The translations under genes and the position numbers were made by a program. A DNA stretch of 64,000 nucleotides from Narcine bancroftii. Taxonomy: Eukaryota. Location of the stretch: NCBI RefSeq assembly GCF_036971445.1, contig NC_091481.1:12772001-12836000 (forward strand), given 5' to 3'. Under the pieces are notes generated by a model. That model did not search any database, was not told the origin of the DNA, and saw nothing but the letters and a program-made list of their open reading frames with translations. Of the stretch, positions 1 through 42,220 are shown piece after piece. Each line of letters starts with the position of its first letter. The stretch's first letter is position 1.

Positions 1-61
1 AAGTCCTAACCTCTTTCTCTGTACTCTAGGTATTCTAAGCCAGGCAACATCCTTGTAAATT

Positions 62-1084
62 TACATCAACAGCGATGAAGTGTTTTGAAAGACTGGTGAT
101 GAAGCAGATCAGCTCCTGTCTGAGGGGTGACGTGGATTCATTCCAGTTCGTCTATCACGGCAGATGCCATCTCACTGGCTCTACACAAAGGTCTGAAACA
201 CCTGAACAGCAAATATGCACATATCAGGATGTTCTTTATCAATTACAGTTCAGTATTTAACATCATCATCCCTTCAAAACTGATCAGCAAACTCCAAGAC
301 CTGGGAGTTAACACCCCACTGTGTAATTAGATCATGTATTTCCTCACCGCCAGACCACAATCAGTGAGGATTGGTAAGAACTTCTCTACAATCTCCATCA
401 GTACCAGAGCACCACAAGGCTGTGTTCTTAGCCCCCTGCTCTACTCATTTTACATCTACAACTGTGTAGCTTAGCACGACAATAACACCATCTACAAATT
501 TGCTGACGATACCATGGTATTGGATTGTATAAAGGAAGGGGAGGAGTCAGCAAACAAGATGGAGATTGAAAACTTGGCTGAATGGTGAACCAACAGCAAA
601 CTTCCATTCAATGTCACCAAAACAGTTGATTGCTGACTTCAGGAAAGGAAACCCTCCCCACTATTGAGTACATCTACAGGGAATGCTGCTGTTGGAGGTC
701 AGCAGCAATCATCAAAGACCCACACCACCCAGCACAAGCTCTGTTCTCACGCTGCCATCAGGAAAGAGGTATAGGTGTCACAAGACTTGCACCACCAGGT
801 TCAGGAACAGCTGCTACCCCTCCACCATTAGACTCCTCAACAACAAACTCAATCAGGGACTCATTTAAGGGCTCTTACTTGTGCACTTTATTGATTTTCT
901 TTTGTTCTCTCTGTATCGCACAGCAAGTTTTCTTTTACATTTGTTATCTGTTTACAGTTCTTTTATTTTTTTCATGTTTATTTTTTGCACTACCAATTAG
1001 TGGTAATTCTGCCATGCCCACAGGAAAAAGGAATCTTGGGGCTGTATGTGATATCACGTATGTATTCTGTCAATAAATCTGAAA
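62..1084 (+). mobile_element. Rex1/Babar-type LINE remnant, RT 3' part
   Basis: MKCFERLV, GCVLSPLLY, KFADD, LPSGKRYR...TTRFRNS motifs; ends aataaatctgaa. Confidence 0.8.
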
Positions 1085-1670
1085 TTTTCCTTTGGTAGCT
1101 TGTTCTACATACCAACCACTTTCTGTGAAAATGATCCACTTTTGGTGCCTTTTAAATCTTTCCCTCTCCCTTTAAATCCATGCCCTCTGGATTTAGTCTC
1201 CCTTCCTCTTTTAAAACAGATGTTATCATTCACCTTATCTATGCCCCTCGTGATTTTACAGTTAAACCCAGGTATCCGGCACCGAAGAGGATTGGTAGAT
1301 GCTGGATAAGTGAATTTTTCGGTTGCTTAAGATTGTGTGTTGCATGGATTGGCGAACTGACTGCTAGGGGCAACAATTTTAAACTTTCATATTTACCTAT
1401 TTATTTTGCACGATTTTTTTCCTGGTTGGTTGAGTCTACCGGTTGCTTGAATTCCAGACGACGGCGATTTTACCATATATAGCTCGATAAAGTCACCCCC
1501 TCAGCCCCCTACCCTCTGGAGGAAATGATTCGATCTATTCAGCCTCTCCTTATTTCTTATCCCCTCCTGTCCCAGCCACATGTTTGTGAATCTTTTCTGC
1601 ACCCTTTCCAGATTAATCACATCTTTCCTATAATTGGGCAACCAGAACTGCAAACAATCGGCCAATTGGT
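1085..1670 (-). mobile_element. CR1 3' fragment interrupted by a Tigger-like MITE
   Basis: Minus-strand QFWLPNYRKDVINLERVQKRFT. Confidence 0.75.
1259..1475. mobile_element. Tigger/pogo-like MITE, degenerate
   Basis: TA-CAGTTAAACCC ... GATTTTACCA-TA; same family as 16688-17564 and 43814-43976. Confidence 0.65.
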
Positions 1671-3641
1671 ACCTTGGGCCTGTTCTATGATTTAATGAGG
1701 TCATAGTTGATGAGACTGTAAACTCAACAAGTAACCTGGTAACTTTTCATCCCTCAGAGATTCTCATTTTTCAGGGAAAATATTCTCCTCGTTCCACTTA
1801 TATGGGCCATCTTTTATTATTAAACAGTGAGACCTGGTTTTGGGTTTTCCCATGAGGCAGCAACCTGTCCACATCAACCCTGTCAAAACCCCTCAGGATA
1901 TTATTTGTTTCAATCAATTCCCTCTTATACTTTGTTGTGGAGGTATAAAGGGTGGGATCGTTCAGGACTGATTTTATGCTGCATTCAGGTTATAGGTTAC
2001 TGTCCAAATGAACCACTATTGCTGAATAATAATTCTCATGGACAAGGATCTTGTGATCTTTTAATTGCATTATATAATTCATTGCCCATGAGGTTTTTAG
2101 AATATTTTTGTAGAGGCACAATGTGAATACATTTTATATGCTCTGTGTCTTCACTTGGTTAACTGATTTTATGCACATCATTTCTGTTAACTATTAATAT
2201 TAGAAGAACAATATTATATTTGACCTTGTATTGGTACTAACAGCGAAGCAACTGTCTGTCTTAGTTCCTTTCCAACAATTTCTCAGTCCATCTGTCTCTG
2301 GACTCTTTCTGTCTGTCGCTCCATTTCTTTTACTATCTAGTCGTCAACATTTTTTAAATCATTTGATGGCTACTATTCCTTATATTTTCTAATATAGATT
2401 GATGATTTCTCCCTTTGTTCAGAAGTTTCTCTATATGATTCTCTTTAGATCTGCCTGCCAATCTCTCTTACACACACACAAATGTCTTTTAATCATTTAC
2501 ACTGCTCACAATTTCTCTTGCAATGTTTCTCTGTTGTTTTTATTTTATGTATAAGATATTGTTCTCTTTCTCTTCCTCTATCCATCAAACTCTCTCTTCC
2601 CACTATTCTATCGTTTCCTCTCCCATAATCTATATTATTCTGCCAGAATTTTTCTTGATAGTTCTTAGTCATCTTGATTTTGTTCCATGGTATGCATCTC
2701 GCAGTGACAGTTCTTTCTCTCTGTGTGTTTCTTGGCTTCAGGTGTTGCCTGCCATAGTAAGGCAGTTAAAGCTAGGCCCTACTGTATTATTGGCCAGTTC
2801 CAAGGTGCTGAGTCACAGATGGGCAGCCGTTATTTGTGACCTTTCCCAAAACAGCAGTATTTAGCAGCAATTTTTTTCATACTATTTTGCAGTAACCTTG
2901 TCATGAAATCAACACAAACAGAAAATATAAGGCATATTTTTTTTAACCTATGGGTGCTCCAATATGTTCATTGCCAATGAACTATATATAGTACTTTTGA
3001 AATGCAGTCAATACTGTAAGAAATATAGCACGCAGCCAAGTTCCACAATGAGCAAAGAGCAAAGAACTAATCATTAAATGTTCTGACTTAAGGATTTGGT
3101 TGAAGGCAAACTATACATCCAGGGCAATGGGGAAATTTTTGCTTCTCTTTTTGGAGTAGTACTATGGCATTGTTCACATCCACTGAAAGGATGGAGAGAG
3201 CTTCAGATTAACTTCTCACCCAAAAACAAGCATTTCTGATGTTCCAACACACCAATTGTCATTCAGCCTTATAATGGGTATCTTTAATTTACTTTCTCGG
3301 TGGCAACTTCATGATCTGTTCCTAAAGGAAGGGATTGATTGGCCTGTTATGTACATGACAAATCTTACAACCACATGAGCAGTACATAGTGCACAAATAA
3401 GCACGATTGGGCCACATAATTCAATACTATACTAAGTATTGATTAGACTGTACCTCAAGCATTTGCTCAAGACAGCTTTTAAGAAAAATAGAGTAACATT
3501 ATAGAATCAAATATTGCAAGAACCACTCCACTGGGCCCTTGCCAGCCTTTGTGGGTTTCCTATATGGAATTACCAAGAACATTATTTAGAATGGACATGC
3601 AGAAAAAGATCATATGGTCTAAACTGATTATGTCAGTGCTT

Positions 3642-4141
3642 AGAATCAAATCAGAATTTATCCTCATGAACATGTCACGAAATTTGTGGATTTGCAGCAG
3701 CGTCTCAGTGGAAACATTTCTATAAACCACCTTACAAAATAAATAAAAATAGTGCAAGTAAAAGTCAAAGTGAGGCAGTTTCTGGTACATTCAGGAATCT
3801 GATGGCAGAGGGGAAGAAGCTGTCCTCAACCCACTGAGCGCTCATCTTCAGGTTCCTGTACCTTTTTCCTGATGGTAGCAGAGTGAAGAGGGCATGGCCT
3901 GGGGGGGGGGGGGGGGGGGTCAGGGGCCTTGAGGATAGAGGCTGCTTTCTTAAGACACCACCTCTTGTAGATGCCCTCGGTAGAGTGAAGACTGGTGCCC
4001 GTGATGTCGCAGGTCGCGTTAGCAAACCTCTGAAGTTTTCTTGTCCGGAGAGTGACGCAACCAACCAGAATGCTCTCCGCAATACACCCATAGAGGTTTT
4101 CGAGAGTCTTCCGTGACACACCGAATCTCCTCAAACTCCTC
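3642..4141 (-). mobile_element. Rex1/Babar-type LINE 3' fragment
   Basis: Minus-strand RRFGVS..LENLYGCIAESIL, HALFTLLPSGKRYR, DSFFPSAIRFLN; microsatellite-like tail. Confidence 0.8.
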
Positions 4142-4241
4142 TCATGATCTATTCAAGCCTTCTCTTTTCCAATTTAATTATATCACCATATCTATCTTTT
4201 TTTATCTCTCACTTGCTTATCCAGCTTCCATTTGTACATCC

Positions 4242-4272
<31 letters not shown>

Positions 4273-6106
4273 CAATGACCTCCTTTGATAATGACCTGCA
4301 TTTTCACCCATTTGAATGAACAAGTTTCTTCTGAATTCTTTCTTTTCCATGGATCATCTTTTATTGACATCGATGACCTTAGGTTTTTCTTTTCTTCAAA
4401 GTTGAAAAATACTTCTCATGAATGCATTTTTCAAAGCCTTTTATAGTTTGACTTTTATTGGGTCACTTTTGCTTATTTTAAACCAAGAAAAAGAGCCCAA
4501 GTTTGTTCAACTTTTTCTGATTGGTATAACCTTGTGGATCTGGTTTTATTTGTCATCTCTGCATTTTACACTTTTTTCATGCTTCTAAATTCTTAATGTA
4601 AAACAGATCCTGAATTGAATACATAGAATCAAAAATCATCATGTTTAAAATAATCTATGAAAATGATTCTTGGGACACGAATCTATAGTTGCAAGTGCAG
4701 GTTAGAAAAGCCAGGACTCTTCTTTGAAGAGGAGGAAACTGAAGGTTAATTTGATAGTATTTAAATGGTGAGGGGTCTGGTCAAAACAGTAGTATTTAGC
4801 AGCAATTTTGCAGTAACCTTGTCATGAAATCAACACAAACAGAAAATGTAAGGCATTTTTTTTTAACCTATGGGTGCTCCAATATGTTCATTGCCAATGA
4901 ACTATATATAGTACTTTTGAAATGCAGTCAATACTGTAAGAAATATCTCCGTCAGTTTGCACACAGCCAAGTTTCATAAGTTGTGACAATGTCAAGGACT
5001 AGAAGTCACAAGTGCAAAATAAAGAGTGACACAGGAAAAACAGTGGCAGAATTCTCTCCAGCCACACAGGAGCCCCAGGTTTGATTTCTGACCATTGCAA
5101 CTTAATTGTTTGGTAAAATAATCTTTATGGTTGGAATCTGAATACACTGCCTGTAGACGTAGGGGAGGTAGATTTCTCTGTGGCCTTCTAAAGGGAATTA
5201 CATGAATCGATGATAGAGATAAATTTGCAAGCTGTCCAGAAAGGGTTCTGGAGTGCAACTAGTGAGTTGTTCTTGTAAAGACACAATGGGCCACATGACC
5301 TCTATGCCATAACCATGCTCTGATTCTAACATCTATACCAGAAACAAATCCCAATACTTAGTTTGTTTTTATGATGTAAAAACACAATGCAAGAGAAACT
5401 CAGCAGGTCAAACAAAATGGTGGGGGTGGGTCAGCAGGAGGAGCACGGTCCCAAATGGAGGAGGTAATAAGTGGAAAAGGGAGGGAGAGCATATCAGCAC
5501 CCTTTTCCACCTATTACCTCCTGCCTTAAGGACCTTACTCCTCCCCCTGCCCATCACCCACCCCTCCCTCCCCCGACCATTTTGTTCAGGAACCTAACAA
5601 TATTTTTCCTACCTTAAGGGCTCAAGCCCAAAACATTAGTTATGTATCTTTATTATATAAAGTAGTGTCTAACCAGCTGAGTTTCTCCTATATTGTGTTT
5701 TTACTTCAACTACAGTGTCTCCAGACTTTCGTGCTTTATTTTTGTTTTTATGATGGCTTTATTCACAACTTCTGGTAATTTTTGAATATATGCTCTCAGC
5801 TCTTTTTTCTTCTGAATACCATTTTGATTCGTGTTTCCTACATAATATTAGGCCTCAATATTTCTTAGTAAGATAGTTCACATTCAACTTCGGGACTGTG
5901 CATTGCATAGCTGTCAGTTTACTCCAGTGACTTCAGGTGCTGCCTGTGTAGAATTTGCATGTTGATCCTGTGACCACACCAGTTTCCTCTGGGTGTTTTC
6001 GTTGCAAAAGATAAATTGGTTACTTAGTGTTGGTGGGTGGCAAAAGAATGAAATGATGCAGATGTGCATGTGCATGTTAAAGAAAGTAAGTTGTAGTGTC
6101 TTAGTG

Positions 6107-6392
6107 CTCCTCCTTTACCATGGACTGGGGCCCGAAACAGGCCTTTCAAGTGAAGAAACACTTCACTTGTGTATCCGCAGGATTGATTTACTGCATCTGG
6201 CACTCCTTTGTGGCCTTCTCTACATCGGAGACTGGGCGCAGATTGGGAGATCTCTTCACTGAGGATCTTCGCTCCATCTGCACCAGTGATAAAGACTTCC
6301 CTGTAGCCAACCATTTCACACTCCCACACTTATATGTCTGCCCATGGCCTTATGTATTGTTCCACCAAGACCACCTGCAAATTGGAGGACAC
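6107..6392 (+). mobile_element. Penelope GIY-YIG fragment, near-identical to 7223-7521
   Basis: Direct sequence match; CGLLYIG/ETGRRLGD motifs. Confidence 0.8.
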
Positions 6393-6395
6393 ATA

Positions 6396-8284
6396 CAATA
6401 TCCTCAATAATGTTTAGGACAAAGACACTTTTTTTCCTTCATTTGTCCCTGTGCTCCATCGTTTTAAATTAGTAATCAAACAATTCACATGTAATTAAAG
6501 TGCACATTCCAGATTTTATTCAAGGTTATTTGTATACATTTTGGTTTGACCATCTAGAAATTGCTGCACTTTTTATACATAGTCCCCTCATTTCAGGGCA
6601 TCATAATGTTTGGGACATTTGACTTCACAGGTGTTTGCGAGTACTCAGGCATGTTTAATTACTTAATTGGTGCAGGTGTTAGAGCTAGGCTTGCTTCTCA
6701 GGTTTTGACTGACATATATTACAAACCCACTAACTCCCACAACTACCTTGACTACACCTCCTCGCACCCTGTCCCCTGCAAGGATTCTATCCCCTTCTCT
6801 CAATTTCTCCGTCTCTGCCGTATCTGTTCCCAAGATGAAGTCTTCCAGTCCAGGTCTTCCAAATGTCTGCCTTGTTCCACAAACATGGCTTCCCCTCCAC
6901 CACCATCAACTCAGCCCTCATCTGCATCTCCTCCATTTTCCACTTATCTGCCTTGGCCCCCTCTGCCCCCAGATGCAACAAACAGAATTCCCCTTATCCT
7001 CACCTACTCCCCCACCAGCCTCTGCATCCAACACATTATTCTCCGGAATTTCCGGCACTTATAACAGGATCCCATTATCAAACACATCTTCTTCCCTCCT
7101 CCCCTCTCTGCCTTCTGTAGGGTCCACCCTCTGTGACTCCCTCGTGCACTCATCCTTCCCCATCAATCCCCCACCCTGGCTCTTTCTCATAGCTGCAGGA
7201 AGTGCCATACTTCTGCTCACACCTCCTCCTTTACCATGGACTGGGGCCCGAAACAGGCATTTCAAGTGAAGCAACACTTCACTTGTGTATCCGCAGGATT
7301 GATTTACTGCATCTGGCACTCCTTTGTGGCCTTCTCTACATCAGAGACTGGGCACAGATTGGGAGATCGCTTCACTGAGGATCTTCGCTCCATCTGCACC
7401 AGTGATAAAGACTTCCCTGTGCCAATCATTTCAGTTCAGTGTCACATTCCCACACTTAGATATGTCTGCCCATGGCCTTGTGTACTGTTCCACCAAGACC
7501 ACCCGCAAATTGGAGGAACACCTGATTTTCCGTTTGTGCACCCTCTAGCCAGATGGCATTAGCATCGACTTTTCCAGTTTCTGGTAATCTGCTCTCCTCT
7601 TCCACCTCCCCTCCCTTCCAGTTCTCCTTCTTTCCCCCCTTCACATAGCCATCTCTCCTCCCCTAACCCTCCTTTATTTGATTGCTGCTGTCCCTTCCTT
7701 CCCTTCTCCACCTATCACCTCCTGCCTTTGCGACCACCCCTCCCCCTATTCTTTTGTTTGGATGCCTGCCAACATTTTTCCATACCCTGATGAGGGGCTC
7801 AAGCCCATACTTCTGGTCCACCCCATGGACCTCCTCTCATACCAAACCATACAGAATCCTTAGTAATGTTTTTTGTACTAATGCTACTTAGGATTTTGGT
7901 AATCCTAAAGTTTGAGTGATGTCTTTTTAAGTTTTATTCTTATTTTTCAACCTCATAACAGCTTCTTTGACTTTAATTGGCACAAGTCTGGTCCTCATGT
8001 TGAAAAATGGCAACTCCAGATTCCAAAGGTGATCATAAGCTCTCTTATACCTGCACTAATGAAGCAATTAAACATACTTGAATACTTACAAATGCCTGTG
8101 AAGCCAAATTTCCCAAACATTATGGTGCCCTGAAATGAGGGGACTGTGTATAAAAATTGCTGTAATTTCTATGTGCACGTTAATTACATGTGAATTGTTT
8201 GATTAAAATTAAAAAAAAACTGTAGAGCATAGGGGCAAATAAAGGAAAAAAGTGTCCATGTCTCAAACCTTATGGAGGGCACTG
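6396..8284. mobile_element. Tc1-like DNA transposon with long (~200 bp) TIRs, internally deleted, with a nested Penelope fragment
   Basis: 6396-6620 is the reverse complement of ~8110-8284 (e.g. gtcccctcatttcagggcatcataatgtttggga / tcccaaacattatggtgccctgaaatgaggggac). Confidence 0.75.
6704..7806 (+). mobile_element. Penelope-like element remnant (RT C-terminus, GIY-YIG region, 3' end)
   Basis: DIYYKPTNSHNYLDYTSSHP..CKDSIPFSQFLRLCRICS; GPKQAFQVKQHFTC..LIYCI..ETGHRLGDRFTE; LEEHLIFRL. Confidence 0.85.
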
Positions 8285-9024
8285 CATGAAGCCTTTGATT
8301 TTATTGCACTGCTGAGAGCTGGGATGAATCTCATCTTCTGAATGATCTCCCAGAGTTTCATAATATTGAAAAAAGTATGTGCTGATATTGAATTACCCAT
8401 TTATATGTCTTTGTTGCAAGTTTATCAATGTACTGTTTTAATAATTTACAGTCCTCTATGAATCTTATCCTTCCTTCCATTTGTCTTTATTTGCAAATAT
8501 TCAATATGTGGTTTTCATTAAAAGTGCAAATCCTTGATACAAAATGTAAACAATAGCCTCAGGAATGAACCATTTCCTATTTTTTATTAATCTGAATACA
8601 TGAATACAGACTGGAGTTACACAGGAGACTGTAGATGCTGGAATCTAAAGCCAAATTCAATCTACTGGAGGAACTCACAGGGTCAAGCACCATCAGAGAG
8701 AGAGAAAAGAGTGGTCAATGTTTCGAGCCAAAGCTCTTAATCAAGACCGAAAAAAAAATGAAGTTCAGAAGCCAGTGTAAAGAGCAATGCCATCACTAGA
8801 GTTGGTGTCACTCCCACTCCATGGACCTCTTCTCGTACCAAACCATACAGAATCCTTAGTAATGTTTTTTGTACTAATGTTACTAGTAAATCGTAATTAC
8901 CTATATCACTAAATGTAATGGCAATAGTAGTGATACAGACAACTAGCAAAATTAAAATTACAATATCATAGGTATAACCTAAATGTAAAAAAAGACAAAT
9001 TAGCAATATTTGAAAAAATATATA

Positions 9025-9700
9025 CAGGTACACGATCGTTTATCTGGAACCCTTGGGGGACAGTGTGTTCCGAATTTCGGATTTTTCCGGATTTTGGAAA
9101 GCCCACCCGAATTGTGCTGCTTATCCACCCCCAACCCCTTCCAGTTGCCCAGCAGTCTCCCCCAACGGCTGTCTCCCCTGACCATGATCCCTCGGCCATC
9201 TCCCCCGACAGCGGTCCCTCTGTCGCCAGGCCGCCTCCCCCGACTGCCGGACCCTTGGCCGCCGGTCCCTCGGCTGCATGGCTGCCTCCCTCGACCGCCC
9301 GTCCCTCGGCCACCCTGCCGCTTCCCCTGACCGCCAGTCCCTTGGCTGTCTCCCCCGACTGCCGGTCATTTGGCCATCGGACGCCTTCCCCCGACCGCTG
9401 GTCCCTTGGTCACCTTCCCCAACCGCCAGTCCTTTGACCGCCGGTCCCCTGGCTGCAATCCCTTGGCCACCTGGCCGTCTCCCCCGACCGCTGGTCCCTC
9501 AGCTGTTTCCCCCAACCACCAGTCCTTCGACCGCCGGTCTCCCGGCTGCCTCCCACGACCGTGGTCCCTCAGCCACTCGGCCGTCTCCCCCAACTGCTGA
9601 TCCCTCGGCTGCCGACCGCCTCCCCCAACTGCTGGTCCCCACTTGCCGGATTTTGGAACTTTCCGGATTTTAGGTGTCCAGATAAAGAATCGTGTACCTG
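9025..9700. mobile_element. Tigger/pogo-like MITE carrying an internal GC-rich minisatellite
   Basis: 24-bp TIR CAGGTACACGATCGTTTATCTGGA (22/24 match to the other end), TA on both sides; ~25-bp units at ~9150-9640. Confidence 0.85.
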
Positions 9701-11611
9701 TAGTTGTAAAAATATAGAATAGTATGTGATAAATATAGTTGTAGATTGCTTAAATGTAATATTTCCTACATGAATACTAACAAAATTGTTTTGTAAAATC
9801 TTTCTATATTGGATTACAACTTTATTAGTATCAGCCTTTTTTGATTTTTTTCCCTTTTAATTATTGATATTGATATAGGTTCACAAATACTAATTACCAC
9901 AATATGGTAGCTTAAACACCAGAAGTTTGATATATGCAGCAACTAGCAGGAATGAAAACAACAGCGCGTGCTTGTAGTGCATGCATATAAAACCATGTGA
10001 TTCAAAGCATCACTGTAAATGGGTAATAATGATAGCTCTGACTGAGGACATTAGAAGGTTTAAAAATAAATTACCATAGAGTTTTAGCTTTGTAGGTATA
10101 TTGATACATGTAAGATGGGCTTACAAAAAATGTTTTTGTTGTTATAACTAATGACCAGGATATTTTTATAAAAAATAATAAATTCCAGCTGATTACTGCA
10201 CAAAAAATTTATAGAGTCATTTTGGTGTCATGCAGTAAGGTCTGCCCTCCCCTTGTGAGACCAGTGGTAAAGAGAACAGTGTGGGACGGGGTTCCCAATA
10301 TAGGATTGGCGAACCATGTAAAGGTGAAACATTATGAACTGATGGCAGTTGCCAGAGAGGCAAGATAAGCACACGCATCAGGTGGACGGAGTGAGTGATT
10401 AGAAGACAAAGATTGCCATGTGAGAATGGTGGTATAAAGAGAGACCAGACAGAACCAAAGGGTAGCGGGGAAAGGAGAGTGGAAAAATCCCCCCCCCCCC
10501 ACCCCATCTCCCCCACTGGATTGATCTGCTCTCTCAACTAATCCTCCCCTTCCATTTATTGTTTTCTTATCAGATTTCACCTGAACTTTTTTTTGTGGCC
10601 ATCCCCCCTTTGTCTGCCAATCCTTTGCCTCTCTGTCCATCTTGTTGCACCATCTCCGACGGGGACTCCTGTCTCGCCCCTGGTTCTGTACCTTCATTTC
10701 CTCAGTCTATTCTCAAGACACACCATGTTACTGACGTTGCTTGACCTTTTGAATTCCTCCAGCGAATTGTGTTTGGCTTCTTTATCCCTACTTTGGCTTC
10801 GCCCACCACCACCACGGCCAGGCTGACTTGGCTTGAAACATTCATTGGTTAATAATGCTACACTTGATGAAGGCCCTTTGTAACTTTACCACCAATTGGT
10901 CTACTTTTTCAAAAGTTGCTCACAGAATTCAGGGAAAGCCCGGTCATTCAAACAAGCCTCGGCCTCTTGAAAATTCATCAGTTAATTTTCAGTTCCCACA
11001 ATCTTAATTTTAAAAAAAATCATTTGGTTAAGGTTATTTGAAGGAAGGTTCGTGGTCTGAGATTGATCAATGACTGCATTATTGATCTGTTGGCACATGG
11101 TTCTGAAATGTCACCAGGCACATTGCTGAATGTGGATTTATATCCTATAAAATGCCACAGCAATGCATTGTGAGTAAAAGTTGGAAAACTCGGCAACAAG
11201 GTTCTGTGCAGCTTCTCTGGTGAATGCTAATGGGAGAGCCGTGATATTGATGGCAGTGCCCAATTTTTATCATTTCTACTAAATATCAGTTACATAAGAG
11301 TGGAAAAACCACAAAGCGACTGACCCGAGAAGTACAAGTCATCTCTGCAGTTCCATAATGATAGCACAGGCCGGAACCCTCCTCCTGCAACGCCAGTCTC
11401 CACGAGGCCCGTGGCGCCGCGGAACCAACGGGGCGATGTCCTGGCAACGGTTCCCAGGGCCTCGGGCGCATGCGCGCTCTCCTCTGGGTCCGGCGCCGTC
11501 CGGAAATTGGAGCGCGCGCACGTGCCCGAGCCCGAGCCCCGTGGCCTGGTGCCCGCCAGCTCGCGGCTCCCAGGGCTGTGTTCATTCACTCGCCGCTTCT
11601 CTTTCCGCAGC

Positions 11612-42119
<30,508 letters not shown>

Positions 42120-42141
<22 letters not shown>

Positions 42142-42220
42142 AGATGGGGGCATTGCTCACCAGACCATGGCTCCCAACGTCCCCTCCCCACTGGCCATCA
42201 AACACCAAAGGCACCCTTGA
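42120..42220 (+). CDS. IMPDH1: IMPDH1 exon 14, alternative frame used with the microexon (FTKSGFTEDGGIAHQTMAPNVPSPLAIKHQRHP*)
   Basis: Frame is open to TGA at 42218-42220; total 1641 nt = 546 aa. Confidence 0.85.

Noticed and set aside
9150-9640. CRISPR-like repeat array
   Set aside because: Tandem degenerate units without unique spacers, in vertebrate DNA
8966-9673. Many overlapping Pro/Gly-rich ORFs
   Set aside because: Artefacts of the GC-rich minisatellite inside a MITE
1-11600. Upstream retinal-type exon A of IMPDH1
   Set aside because: No RYSARLLQAGY-like coding segment with a phase-2 donor found by eye; probably outside the window
11411-11611. In-frame 67-codon N-terminal extension of IMPDH1 from the ORF track
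   Set aside because: Starts at GTG, resembles no known extension, runs through promoter motifs and a splice acceptor; GC-rich DNA is often stop-free
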